A stretch of DNA of 64,000 bases from Paraphysomonas bandaiensis (Eukaryota; Protista; Chrysophyceae). The translations under genes and the position numbers were made by a program. The DNA is taken from contig CBFFRP010000324.1 of NCBI GenBank assembly GCA_965644295.1, positions 62,001 through 126,000 of the forward strand, read 5' to 3'. Positions 26,871 to 38,035 of the stretch are shown here, one piece after another (the first letter of the stretch is position 1; each line of letters starts with the position of its first letter). The notes beneath the pieces were generated by a model, which searched no databases, was not told the DNA's origin, and was given only the letters and a program-made list of their open reading frames with translations.

Positions 26871-28979
26871 ATGAAAATGAATGCTGTTCTATGTACCCAT
26901 TTATTGATTTCCACCTTTTCTATAGCTATGTCCACCTTAAATTTTGATGCTATGGCTACATGTAAGGCGGACAATTGGGGCATGCCACTACAGAGTAAAA
27001 AACCTAAAGCAGAGAGTAGTTATTATGACGAACACATCCGTAAACCGTGTGCGGCACAGTGGAAGGAGAACGAAAAACCGATGAGTGAACTATTGAAAAT
27101 GGCCACAGTGATTCATTCGAAAGATACACCATCTTATGATGATTTTGAGTCAACTGATTGGGTTCCGGAGAATAAAGGGTTCTACGCGAAGGCATCACCA
27201 TGGGGCAATGAAGGGAAGTATAACTTTAGGTCCACTCCTAAGAAATCAATGAAAGCCTCAGAATGCCATTTGTACAATGAAGATGGAAGCACATGGGCCG
27301 TAACAAGAGTTGGCCCAATGCATACCAATGGCGGCTATGATTGGCTTCAATTAGGCTGGGATGATTTGTTCGGGTTTTCTGCTGTACTGAAAGATCATCC
27401 GGATGGAATTTATATTGTTGAACAATGTAAGTATATTGCCACCCAACTCCATATATTTTGCGTCTCACACGTTATATAGATATGTCTCCTGTGCTCGAAG
27501 ACGGAACGCGACTGAGTAATCCTCCTATCCACGTGCACCATATGCACTCTGGGCCAGATCCCTACGTACGTCAGCGCATGGATCCAATGACCTGCGCCAT
27601 ACGTGGACTGAACTGCTTCAATCCGCTTCGCACACTAGAGACCCATGGCGACTATGTATGTGTAGCGGAGGATGGGGGAAACGACTGCCATGTAGAATCG
27701 TTTCATGAGGGATATGGAAAGCTGATTACACACACTCTAGGGCTGGAAGGAGAAATTAACGACGTCCGTCCGCACCATTCTGAGACACTCGTGTGGTATT
27801 GGGAAATTGGAGCCAGGTATGTTTGCATGTTTTCAGTCGTATATAGTGTATTCAATTTCTTTTAGGTGGGTGCCAAAAGCTACTACCGGTCCAGGAGCAT
27901 CTCTGAAAGCTATGTCATTACATAATATGGCTGGGCCTGGGACATACGACCCAAAAGTTCAGAGATCCTTTTTATTCACCTTTCCGACACCTTCTGATCG
28001 TCAATCTATGTTTTGGTACACTGGTCGCCTTCAAAATCACGGAAAGATGCTGAGAATGAAAATTCATGCTCATAATACCATTTTCCGGGAAGCTATTATA
28101 TTTGCCGCATCTCCGGAGCAATTAGGTATGACCGAGCTGAACGGGTTTCCAATGGACAAGCCGCACCTCCCGGTTGATGTGGTGGCCGCAGGATTTGAGA
28201 GTAACGAGGCACTGAAGAGGTTTCTCCTACTCAATTTACAGCGAAGTCAAGAACGATACGACGCATTACCCAGTGATCAGCACCGAACAAACGAAAAGAC
28301 TTGCGGTTACCCGAACGAGGCGTGTGTCGTGAGTCGCCCAAAAGCCATATGTCAGTCCTTTGCTCATCTTGAGATTATCGATGGCTTTGCCTTTGACCGT
28401 AGGCAGCCAACGTGTTGCGATCCCTGGGAATGGCCTTCCGGACAGGTTTTTACTGTTGTTGGGTTTAGTGAGCACCAAGGGTACCCACTTGGTCCGCATG
28501 CACCTGACATGAAAGACATTCCACCCACCCTTCCTGGGCACGTGGGATACTGGCTGACGTATGACTCCGAGGAGACTCCCGAGCATAGTCGGTGGGGCTA
28601 TAGCCTTTACAATCATGACCCTAATGGTGGATTGAATTCTGTAGCGGATATGACGGGGTATCAGAAGATTGCAATGTATATTAATGGTTACACGAGTCCA
28701 CACTTTAACGATTGGACTAAGACCCCGCACTCAGTCGTGTCAATACTCGCGTATGGCGCACTGAGCCATCTTGCAGTCACTATAATTATAGTCAGTATTT
28801 TACTAGTTTACACTGGTTATCATACATATCATTTATCAATGAAACTCTTGAAAGACGCACCGCATAAGAAGAGTGATGACTTCTTCTGTCAGAAAATAGT
28901 CCCCACGTCTTCATTTTTTTACAGTCCTGTGAGGCAAGATGATATTGAACTTGCTGGCAGAGGTAGTGGAAATGATTAG
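26871..28979 (+). CDS. Hypothetical secreted, C-terminally anchored protein with His motifs (possible PHM/SURNod19-like copper protein), 3 exons
   Basis: N-terminal hydrophobic signal, PPIHVHHMH, THGD, KIHAHN, several Cys, and a C-terminal TM (LAVTIIIVSILLVYTGY). Introns at ~27427-27478 and ~27818-27866. Confidence 0.7.
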
Positions 28980-29948
28980 GCCAAAGATTAGTCTTGAAGT
29001 ATGAGTAATATACGATTTATATTTTTGGAGGTGCACTGCAGTAAGTTTTCAAACTGAATTATGGGAGAGCCGTATCCAGTCAGTATAGCTTGTTGTTGGA
29101 AATATTGTTTTCAGTACAATACCATAATAAAAATGCACTAAATTCTCAATATTTTTGAACCAATAGTATACTGTTATATATAGCATAATAAGTAAGTGAA
29201 GTATAGTAAGTTGTTTTTAAGTGTGAATAGAAGTACGTGTTACTAAGCTGCATACTCTTTACATAGTATATAGTGCAAAGTAGACAAGTAGAGTCTACAT
29301 TACTATTAGATACACAAATTCTACTTTCACTAAATAGTAAATAATCATAATGCGTTCAAATTAGTTACATACGAGAACCAGCAAGAGACAAGGTGGAAGA
29401 GAGAAAGCTAAAATAGATTCATTGTAAATGGACCCATATTAGGAGGTGCATTCTTATATATTATCTTCCTCTGTTTTTCCGACCTTACAACGTCGTATCG
29501 TCGATGATCAGGAGTAGTTGATACTCATAATACTATCTACTTTGTTCATTGTGTATAGTGTATAGTATGATAGTATGTAAAATATATACGCTTTAAAGAC
29601 ATAAAACAAGGATTCGAAAGAAGAGGAGATAACCAGATAACCTGTTTCCCTTCAACCCCTCAAAGGGGCTTGATCTTTGACATATTACGTTTACATCCCA
29701 TTGGGATGTAGATATTCTCACCTTGATTTCATTGTTCTACATTCTTTATTTTACTGGTAATGTGGAGCGTTGATGCTTAATAAAATTCCGAAAGAACGGA
29801 GTGGCGTCAGAGCGGAACAAACGCACACTTCAAAATCTAAACAACTAATGGTGACAACAAAGATTTCTTATTTATCGACATAAAAACGCTGTGAAGTTCT
29901 ATATTACTAATTCCACCGCGTCACCAGGCGGCAATGTACGTCACATGA

Positions 29949-30524
29949 CTAATCCAGCCTCTCCAGTTCCCGCATTCTCTCCAATATGACCTTTTTGCTA
30001 GTTTCCTGAATTTCCCCAGCTAAAATGTATTCATCAAGGATTGCATACACCTAGAAACGTACACTGTGAAAAGAGTCAACAAATACTCATGAACCCACCT
30101 TATTGAAATGAAATACGATATCCAACTCACACACATTACTGAAGTATTGATCCAGGAGCTCGACGAACAAATGAATGGTTTCCATCAATAAAAGTTCGTT
30201 ATCCGTAACGTCAACACCAAAAATAAAATAGAGGCCTGCATATCTTCGATATATAATCTTGAAATTTTCATACTGCAAAAAATATCAGTATAATCTTAAA
30301 TTACAAGAGACCTCAACCTCAACAAAATTTGTATGCTTCTTGTCACGTGCTACAATAGCACGGTGAATTTCAGCCTCCATCTTTATCCTGTCGGCCTCAT
30401 CCGGAGGTGTAAGATACCATTTAGTCAGCCTGGTTTTTCCCTGGCGATTCTGAAGCAAGAAGAAGCGAATCTATTATTATACAGAGTGAGATAATTACCA
30501 TGTACTCAGATATTAACAAACCAT
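29949..30524 (-). CDS. AP2S1: AP-2 complex subunit sigma, 4 exons (first coding exon is ATG only)
   Basis: Spliced [20 protein letters not shown]...[26 protein letters not shown]...[32 protein letters not shown]. Confidence 0.88.
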
Positions 30525-30985
30525 TTTAAGTCTGGATATGAATAGCTAGGACTATAGATGATACTTGCTTGCAATTATTTGTACTTTGCAACTGTGTAGG
30601 AGTCCAGCTGCCGTGATGTATGCATATGATCTGTACTGCTGTATGTATATGACTAGCACTGTATAGGACACTGTGACTGTGATGCACAAGAAGTTCAGTG
30701 TGCATATGGGAAAAAAACATGTTTAATTTTTTTGCATATGGTACTTGCCATCACCAGCAGCAGAAAGAATATCTTCAACAGGCAAACTGAATATAGTCTT
30801 TGCTGCTCCAAAATTCATGGACATGCAGCTGTGTATACGGTATACATACATATGTGTGTGCTACATACGATACTGCCATATCCTCAATAACAATAACTGG
30901 ATGCCGCACTGATCCTCATTACTGTCTGTAACTGCAGCAATTTATTAACGATATTGTTATAGAACAGTTCGGACTCTTTTAACTG

Positions 30986-32672
30986 ATGCAGTTTGTGAAC
31001 TCTGTGATTAAGAAGCTGTTGCCTCAGCAAACATCTCATGAAGATGGTGCTCATATTAACACAGTCCTTCAACGTATGCATAAGTATCATCAACGGCTCA
31101 CTGCGATTTATCTACCATTAGTTGTAATTGTTATGATATTTAGTTGTTTTTGGGCGTATATTCAGGGTGCTTTTTCAAAGTACACCGACCCGTCGTCACA
31201 ATGGCAGGCGTGTTTGGTGACGCCTAACTCTCTCATCGTTCCTTTGACGGAAATGCTAAATATTGCCTTTGGAGGTATTCGCACTGCAGTTGTTGATGCT
31301 CTAACTGTGACGTTTACGTGCCCATCGAGTCTACCACAGTGTTCCAATTCAACTGAATGTGTTTCCACCATCCAGAATCAGTGCTTTGCCCCTCTTATAG
31401 ATCTTGGGTCGCAGCTAGTTCCTCCAGAAGTGCCGAATGTTCCCATCCCTGTTGGTCAACTTCTTGAAGCTCTAGGCTATATTGGTTTCCAGTGCGTGAT
31501 ATTTTCTATGATTGCTCACGGTGCATTGAACCGTGCTCTGCGTCACCCGTCCTGGCTTCCTGCCACCATCGCCCTTATGGTTTGGTGCATTTTTGCAATA
31601 CTCACATACTACACTGTCAACCCAATTATACCTATTCCTGCTAAGACCAATGCTACTACCCTTCTGTTCATGATGTATGCCAGAAAAGAGGTATTCGATG
31701 ATATCAACGATGGAGACAACAACTGCAACAAGGCTTACACGTATGTGTGGGTGTACCTATCTCTTATCCTCGCCATCGTGGTCAACATTTCTCTGTCAGT
31801 TATTCTTGCGATACGTGCTGAGTGGGCTCGCCTTCACGCTCCTAATCGGAAGGCCTTTCAGCCACTTCAGGGCACCCTTCCTCCTCTAATACTCTGTGTA
31901 CTTCTTGTCGTATTCTACGTCATTCTATGTTGTTCGAAGATTACCTCCAGTTCCGTGATGCTTCAGGCTATTCATGGATACGATAAGTCTCAGGCAGATG
32001 CCGCGGAAGATCAGGACAAGTTCTGGTTCGATGACAGCTTCTTTCCGTTTCAAAAGGGCACGTTAGACATCTCCTCCCTGCTCTTCGTGTCCACATTCAT
32101 GAGTGTTATTCGTGGTTACTCTAGGCAATCTGTTTCTGCGTTTCGCCTTGCTGCTGGCATGTCATTCGCTTTTGCTCTCACTGCCTATCCCGGGATCACG
32201 GGCGCATATAGGTGTTTTGTGCGATTGGCTGTTTTGTGTGGCTGATATAGACTGGTGATTGCAGGTTTTATGACTACAATGACTTTCAGAACTTCGATAA
32301 ATGCCGAGATTACTTCCTTGATCGTAAGAATATTGTATTTCGCTGTTACTGTGTAGGAGTATATTTAAATCTTTTGTGCTCATGAATTCTATTACAGCGG
32401 ACACCACGGGGACCTTCGGATACCCAACAGAGAACCAAGCAGAGGCATATTGTACTTCATTTCGAGTCAGTCTCGCATCTGCTACTGGGCTCATTGTGTG
32501 CATGCACATCATGATGGTTCTAGCCGGGTCTACTTACAACGACAATCAGCACCGTGCGTCTGCAATTTTTGAACCTCTGGATCCAGTTGGTACAACAGTT
32601 ATACGGAACAGTCTTGTGCAGAGCAAGCACGAGGATTTGGAGGACGACCTTGCTAAGAATGAAGATTTTTAG
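30986..32672 (+). CDS. Hypothetical multi-pass membrane protein with a Cys-rich first loop
   Basis: 419-aa ORF with about 7 hydrophobic segments, plus two small downstream exons and an acidic C-tail. No family recognised. Confidence 0.7.
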
Positions 32673-33174
32673 ACAACTAGCAGATAAACGGTATAACTGA
32701 GTTAGGTCTATCATAAGATATCATACTCACTAGAATGTAGATCAAATTATTGCTGCGTAATTGTGGTTATAGCTCCTGTGATATTGAAATTAACCTTGCA
32801 AGAAGTTAGGTGATCAGCTATCATGAGTTCTAACCATGTTATTGGCGTTTAAGCCACATGTTGTTGTGTTACTCCATGATTTTATAATGTCGAATTTCAG
32901 TTACAAAAGGCTATCAACGTGGCAGTGATGAACACTATACTTTGCATTTCACTATGTGAAGCCCTAATGAATACTTTGTTTATTATAATTTATGGAAGTT
33001 GCAGTATATGCTATGGACATACAGATACTAGGTTCAATAGTAGCAAATATATTTGAACAGATAAACTTCTAGAAATATAGTATTGCCACCTTATTCACCT
33101 GACAAATTAGAGATAGTTCTGCTTAGTAAATATTCACATAGCAAGGGAGGATTAAAACAAAATGACGTGATGAC

Positions 33175-33295
33175 CAGGGCTGCGTAACAATTAATTAAAT
33201 TGCAATTAATTGCATGGAACATACGTAATAATTGCAATTATAATTGCTCGCTGTAAGGTTGCAATTAAATTGCAATTAATTGGCAATTATTAACT
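33175..33295 (+). mobile_element. Solitary left end of the same hAT family as 5471-6340
   Basis: CAGGGCTGCGTAACAATTAATT matches the TIR and is followed by (GCAATTAATT)-type subterminal repeats. No right end found. Confidence 0.7.
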
Positions 33296-33640
33296 ATATA
33301 GTATAAGAGCATACTATACAGTATAGTATAACTGATGACTATAGCTGTTATCAGTTATCAGGTCAGCATCCCGAATATTAGGAGTCATTGATTCACGTAT
33401 ATCTCTTAACGCGTGAATACAACACACGTATACAATTAAATACCAAATAGACTGAATAATTACCAAACTATACATGATACGCGACTGTACAAGATACGCA
33501 CATGTGTGGTGCTAACGCTCTGCTCAAACATGTCTTGCTATTATACTATTAGGCCTTATCGTTCAATCTTTATCTCTAATAATATCAAGTATATTCTTAC
33601 TAAATATTAAGACTAACCTTAAATCTTATTTTGGCAGCGG

Positions 33641-33988
33641 ATGAGTTCTAAGACTAACAGTTACGATAACTCCGACTCCGACTCATCGGACAAGAGGAAG
33701 GATTCCATGCCACCCTTCGACGCCAAGAACCTCTCAAAATGGCAGAAGAAAAGTAGAGCCTGGTTCTTTCGTAAGCCTAAGATAGTATACATCCTAAGAA
33801 ACGATGCGCCAGAGGAGCCTATACGTCAAGAGGAAGAAACAGAAGAGGACTACCTATACAGGAAAAACGCCTACGACGAAAATATGCAGTATTTCGAGGA
33901 GGGCAACAATTACCTATGGTCACTTCTATCCAGCGCGGTGATTTTACACTCTGCATCCGGAAATGAATCAATAATACAATTTTATTAA
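33641..33988 (+). pseudogene. Truncated Ty1/copia-type gag N-terminus
   Basis: PPFDAKNLSKWQKKSRAWF resembles the copia gag FDGxN(Y/F)xxWxxxMxAxL motif. It is directly preceded by TGGCAGCG (PBS-like). The ORF breaks off into AT-rich DNA. Confidence 0.5.
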
Positions 33989-34835
33989 TACCAAATTAAA
34001 GAAAAAAAATGTTAAGTAAGAGATGATATTTAAGACACTTATATTGACAATATTTTATTATAGAGGATATGATTAATAGAGTCAGCGCTTTCTAACTTGG
34101 TAGATGCTATATGTGCAGACCACTGATACACGCAACTATAGTATTCCAATTATCGTAATAACGGCAATGGCTTAAAGTTCTAAATTAGACTTCTTTCACT
34201 ATAAATTCTCAACGCTTTACTTACTCCTGTATATAGTATCTCAGTCTGAATACAAAACTAAATAAAAATGTGCTTTAATTTGCGCTACACGTAAAGTCAC
34301 TGCCTACCATATAAACGACAACTACAAAATTTCTACAGTGCGGGCAAGACACAATCTACTTGTTGCAAGTTCTGAATATAGATAATAGCTAACATTGACT
34401 TGCACCACTCACACATTGCACCAAAGTAGAAACTAAGAACGCCTGTTAACGTGTTAATACTTCTCTCCAAGCAATACGGTACATTTATATTGTGACAGCA
34501 ACCAATACTTGTTTCTTCTTTGTGTTGCTTTTTCAGCGTTAGCCATTGATTAGTTTTCATAAATGCTTCATAGCAGTAATGATTCGCCAAAAAATATTAT
34601 AATACTTTAAGTAAAACTAATTCATTTAAATCAGTTTCTCAGGTCATATATATTATTACATTGGATACGTAAATACTATGTAAATAGGCGATCACCACAG
34701 CTATGATTAATTCAAATAATGACTGCAAAATCTACACGAATGACAATATCAATAACATAATTGAAAATATATACCACGCTTGTAATTCTAAGAACTTGTT
34801 GCGCAAAGTACTTGAAAAGTCGGAAATAGAACTAT

Positions 34836-36877
34836 CTATACCCTTGAGATATCATCATCAACAAGAGGATTTTGAATATCTCTCTGTTCGCTCGTTCTAG
34901 TAGACTCTACAGATTGTGTATCATTCATACTAGTAGCCTCATTTACGGTGGTTCGATATTTTGTCGTATCTCCCAATGATTCCTTCCCAGAGGAATAGTT
35001 CAAGTGCTGGGATGCGGCGGGGGGGGGTCCAGATGAAAACATGCCAGTGTGGTAAGCGGACAGAATACTCTTTTTCACAAAATCATCCCTACCAAATGAA
35101 TCATCGCAGAAATCGCTACTGCCTGATTGCGCTTTCCTATTCGAGTCCAGAAGTTATGTATACTAACTCAATGGAAGATAAAACTAGACAATACCTCCCT
35201 GATGTTATGTTTCTGCTCTCTATGTCTCCAACCATTGCAAGAGCACCGCGACTTCCGTCCGCGTGATCACCAGAAATCGCTTTCTCTCTTGGTCCACCAT
35301 GTGAAAATAAATCCTAGTCACGATATGAGACTAAACGCTGCTGTCGCTATAAAAATGTACTGTGTAGAGAGCAACTCACCTGCAACACGAGGCTTGTAGT
35401 AAGTGCAAATAAAACGCCGATACTAATAGTGGCGTTCTTCGTAAAGTAAGGTATGAAAGAACACAAAAGTGATACTATGAACCTATAGCCGTATGAGTAG
35501 CCCCTAACGCGCTTACCCTTGTACCATATTCCTTTGTGAGTCATGCGCAAGAAAAATATAACTATCAAAGACACAGAGGCAGAAATGCACATGAGAAACT
35601 CCTTTCTAAGTAGCCGATGATGAGACTCACAATCATTAGTGTACACTGTCTTGACCCCTACTGCGAAGAAAAGTATAGCGATAGACAAGATCAGGTGTAG
35701 GGCAGTCCAGTAGGTGGTCGGAGGTTGAGAGTTAGAGCCCAGAAAGGTAATACGTCCAACCACCTGTTGTTGGTAGTATACATCCCCCACATTAAATACG
35801 ATAGCGAATCCCATCAAACCACGTAAATAGTCCGTCGCCCCATTTCCACAGCTACTTTGCACTAGCTGGATAATGGCCTCTCCAAGAATCAACAGTACAA
35901 AAGTACCCTACGGTATGAGTGTCGATATGATATAAAAAAGAAATACTTCGCAAGAATAAAGAATAAAGTCATAACATACGCTGTACTGGCAAAAATATGC
36001 AGGATCGAAGTGTGGGTGTACCTGTCTGTGTGCTAAGTGCCCAAAGTGCGGCGGAGCACGCAACTTCTGTGGAATGAGGTAAGCGACAACGAGGTGAACA
36101 ATCGCACGCTCGATCAAGATACAGGCAACCCAAAAGTAGTAAAAGCCTCCTCCCTCTACAAAGTGGAACGATAAGAAAAATAGTATTGCACTAATCCCTT
36201 GTGATATCACGATGCATTTAATATGTGTGCGATACTTTTTGGTCAGTGACATGACTTGCAGGTACATAACGATGACCACAATCCGAGCCAAACCAGCAGA
36301 GATAGCCAACGGCTGTAAATTTCTATCTACGTCCCAGTTATGGTCATGATCAATAGTAAGATGCATAGCCATAACAAAGACAAGCATTGCTTGGATCAAA
36401 TAGAATATAAAATGAACTAAGTCTTTCGTATCAAACTTGTTTTGATAAAACATGAGCTGGTCCCAGGTGGCCCGTAAAACAGTGAAGATAATTGCAGATT
36501 TGAGTAGACCCAAAAATGATATATCATATTTGATAATTGTGCCAATCTGAATAGCAGATGCGACGAATATTAGATCGTAGAAGAGCTCATACCAGGACTC
36601 CCCGCGATGAGAGTCATAGTGAGTCTTCACGTCAGCTGCAGGAACAACCGAATCCCTGTCATGTGATTGAGGTATATTGTGAGATGATAAGAATGGATAC
36701 CTGTGCAAGGCAGGAGGTCTCCATATTTCTTTAGTGGTTGATAGACGCGGCAGTATGTCGATAACCTGCTCTCATCTATCAGACATATCATACAAACAGA
36801 TGCATCACTACCGCATCAAAAGAAGATCTTGATGATCTGCCCTCTATCACAGTTGTCTCTGGGACATTGTTGTCCAT
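34836..36877 (-). CDS. LtrA (low temperature requirement A)-family membrane protein, multi-exon
   Basis: SWYELFYDLIFVAS, YQNKFDTKD, spliced HLAHRQGTFVLLILGEAIIQL, LHLILSIAI. Multiple TMs and a Ser-rich C-tail. Confidence 0.8.
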
Positions 36878-38035
36878 TATAAGATCGATTCCAATGAATG
36901 GACTGCTTGCTGGGATAGAGTGGCTGCCCTAACGGCTTGTTCATATGGTTAACAGCGTGACCCTCTACACTTGTAGACGTTAGTTATTATACAGGGGGGG
37001 GGGCAAAAAAGCGCTGGATTTTTCTTAAAAACCCCTAAATTTTGTCCATTCATTTGGATTTTCAGAGCCACAAGACCACACAAACATACAGCAGCGTGTA
37101 CAGCATACTCCACTACTTCAGAGTGTTGTATAAGATACGGACGCACACTGCTGGCTGTGGATAGATACATACATATGGATATGTAAATATCTACATCGGA
37201 GTTAACGGCAGGTGTAAGATCCTCTGAAATTCAGACTCCAGGATTTCAGATGCTGGGTGTGGTTGAAGCTCAGGGTTAGAGACGTATCAGAGGGTGACGG
37301 TGCGAGAACTATTAGAGAATGGAAGCATGCAATGCAGACAACTTCAACGAAATAGATCAGGTAATGTATCTGTATCCACTGCTCCTGTACCTGTCTTAGC
37401 AGACTATCAGTGGTCTTGGTATGATATCGATTGACGGCATGTTCAGTCGTATACTGATACAAGGTCGCTCGCGAAGAGATGCAAAATATGGTCGCTGTCG
37501 ATGCAAATTCCGGTGACTCATGACCTTGATTAGTGGAAATGTGAAGAAATTTTTGAACCAGAAGCCATTCATATGACCAGACCTGCTGTGATCTGTGGCA
37601 TCTTTATGACGTCTACGATATGAAATAGCCAAAAGTTTAACAAATGTTTGACGTACTCTAGCCTAATATGTTTTTGTTAAAACTACTTCCTATTGATTAA
37701 CCGCTCCCCCGCAAATGTCGAGCAAACAAGTATAATCGTTACGATGTCATATATTTTCCACTTTTTTTAATTTAAAGTTTAAGTTTACTTGTGGGTCACC
37801 AGTGTTATCTGCTAAGATACTTCAGAATAAGAATTTCTATTACATCGAATACTGACTGCGTTGAACTTGCTACTTTCACATTTTAAACCTACTTCACTAT
37901 ATGTTTTTTGATTGCAGGAACAACTTCCATATTGAATATATGGTGTAAGGTACTACATAACTTTCTACTTCATTCATAAGTATAAATTATTTTACGCATA
38001 TGTATAACCTATCTATAATACAAAAAAACGATCAC

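Noticed and set aside
33190-33295. CRISPR-like or iteron-like array of GCAATTAATT repeats
   Set aside because: Irregular spacing and no spacers; these are transposon subterminal repeats in a eukaryotic context.
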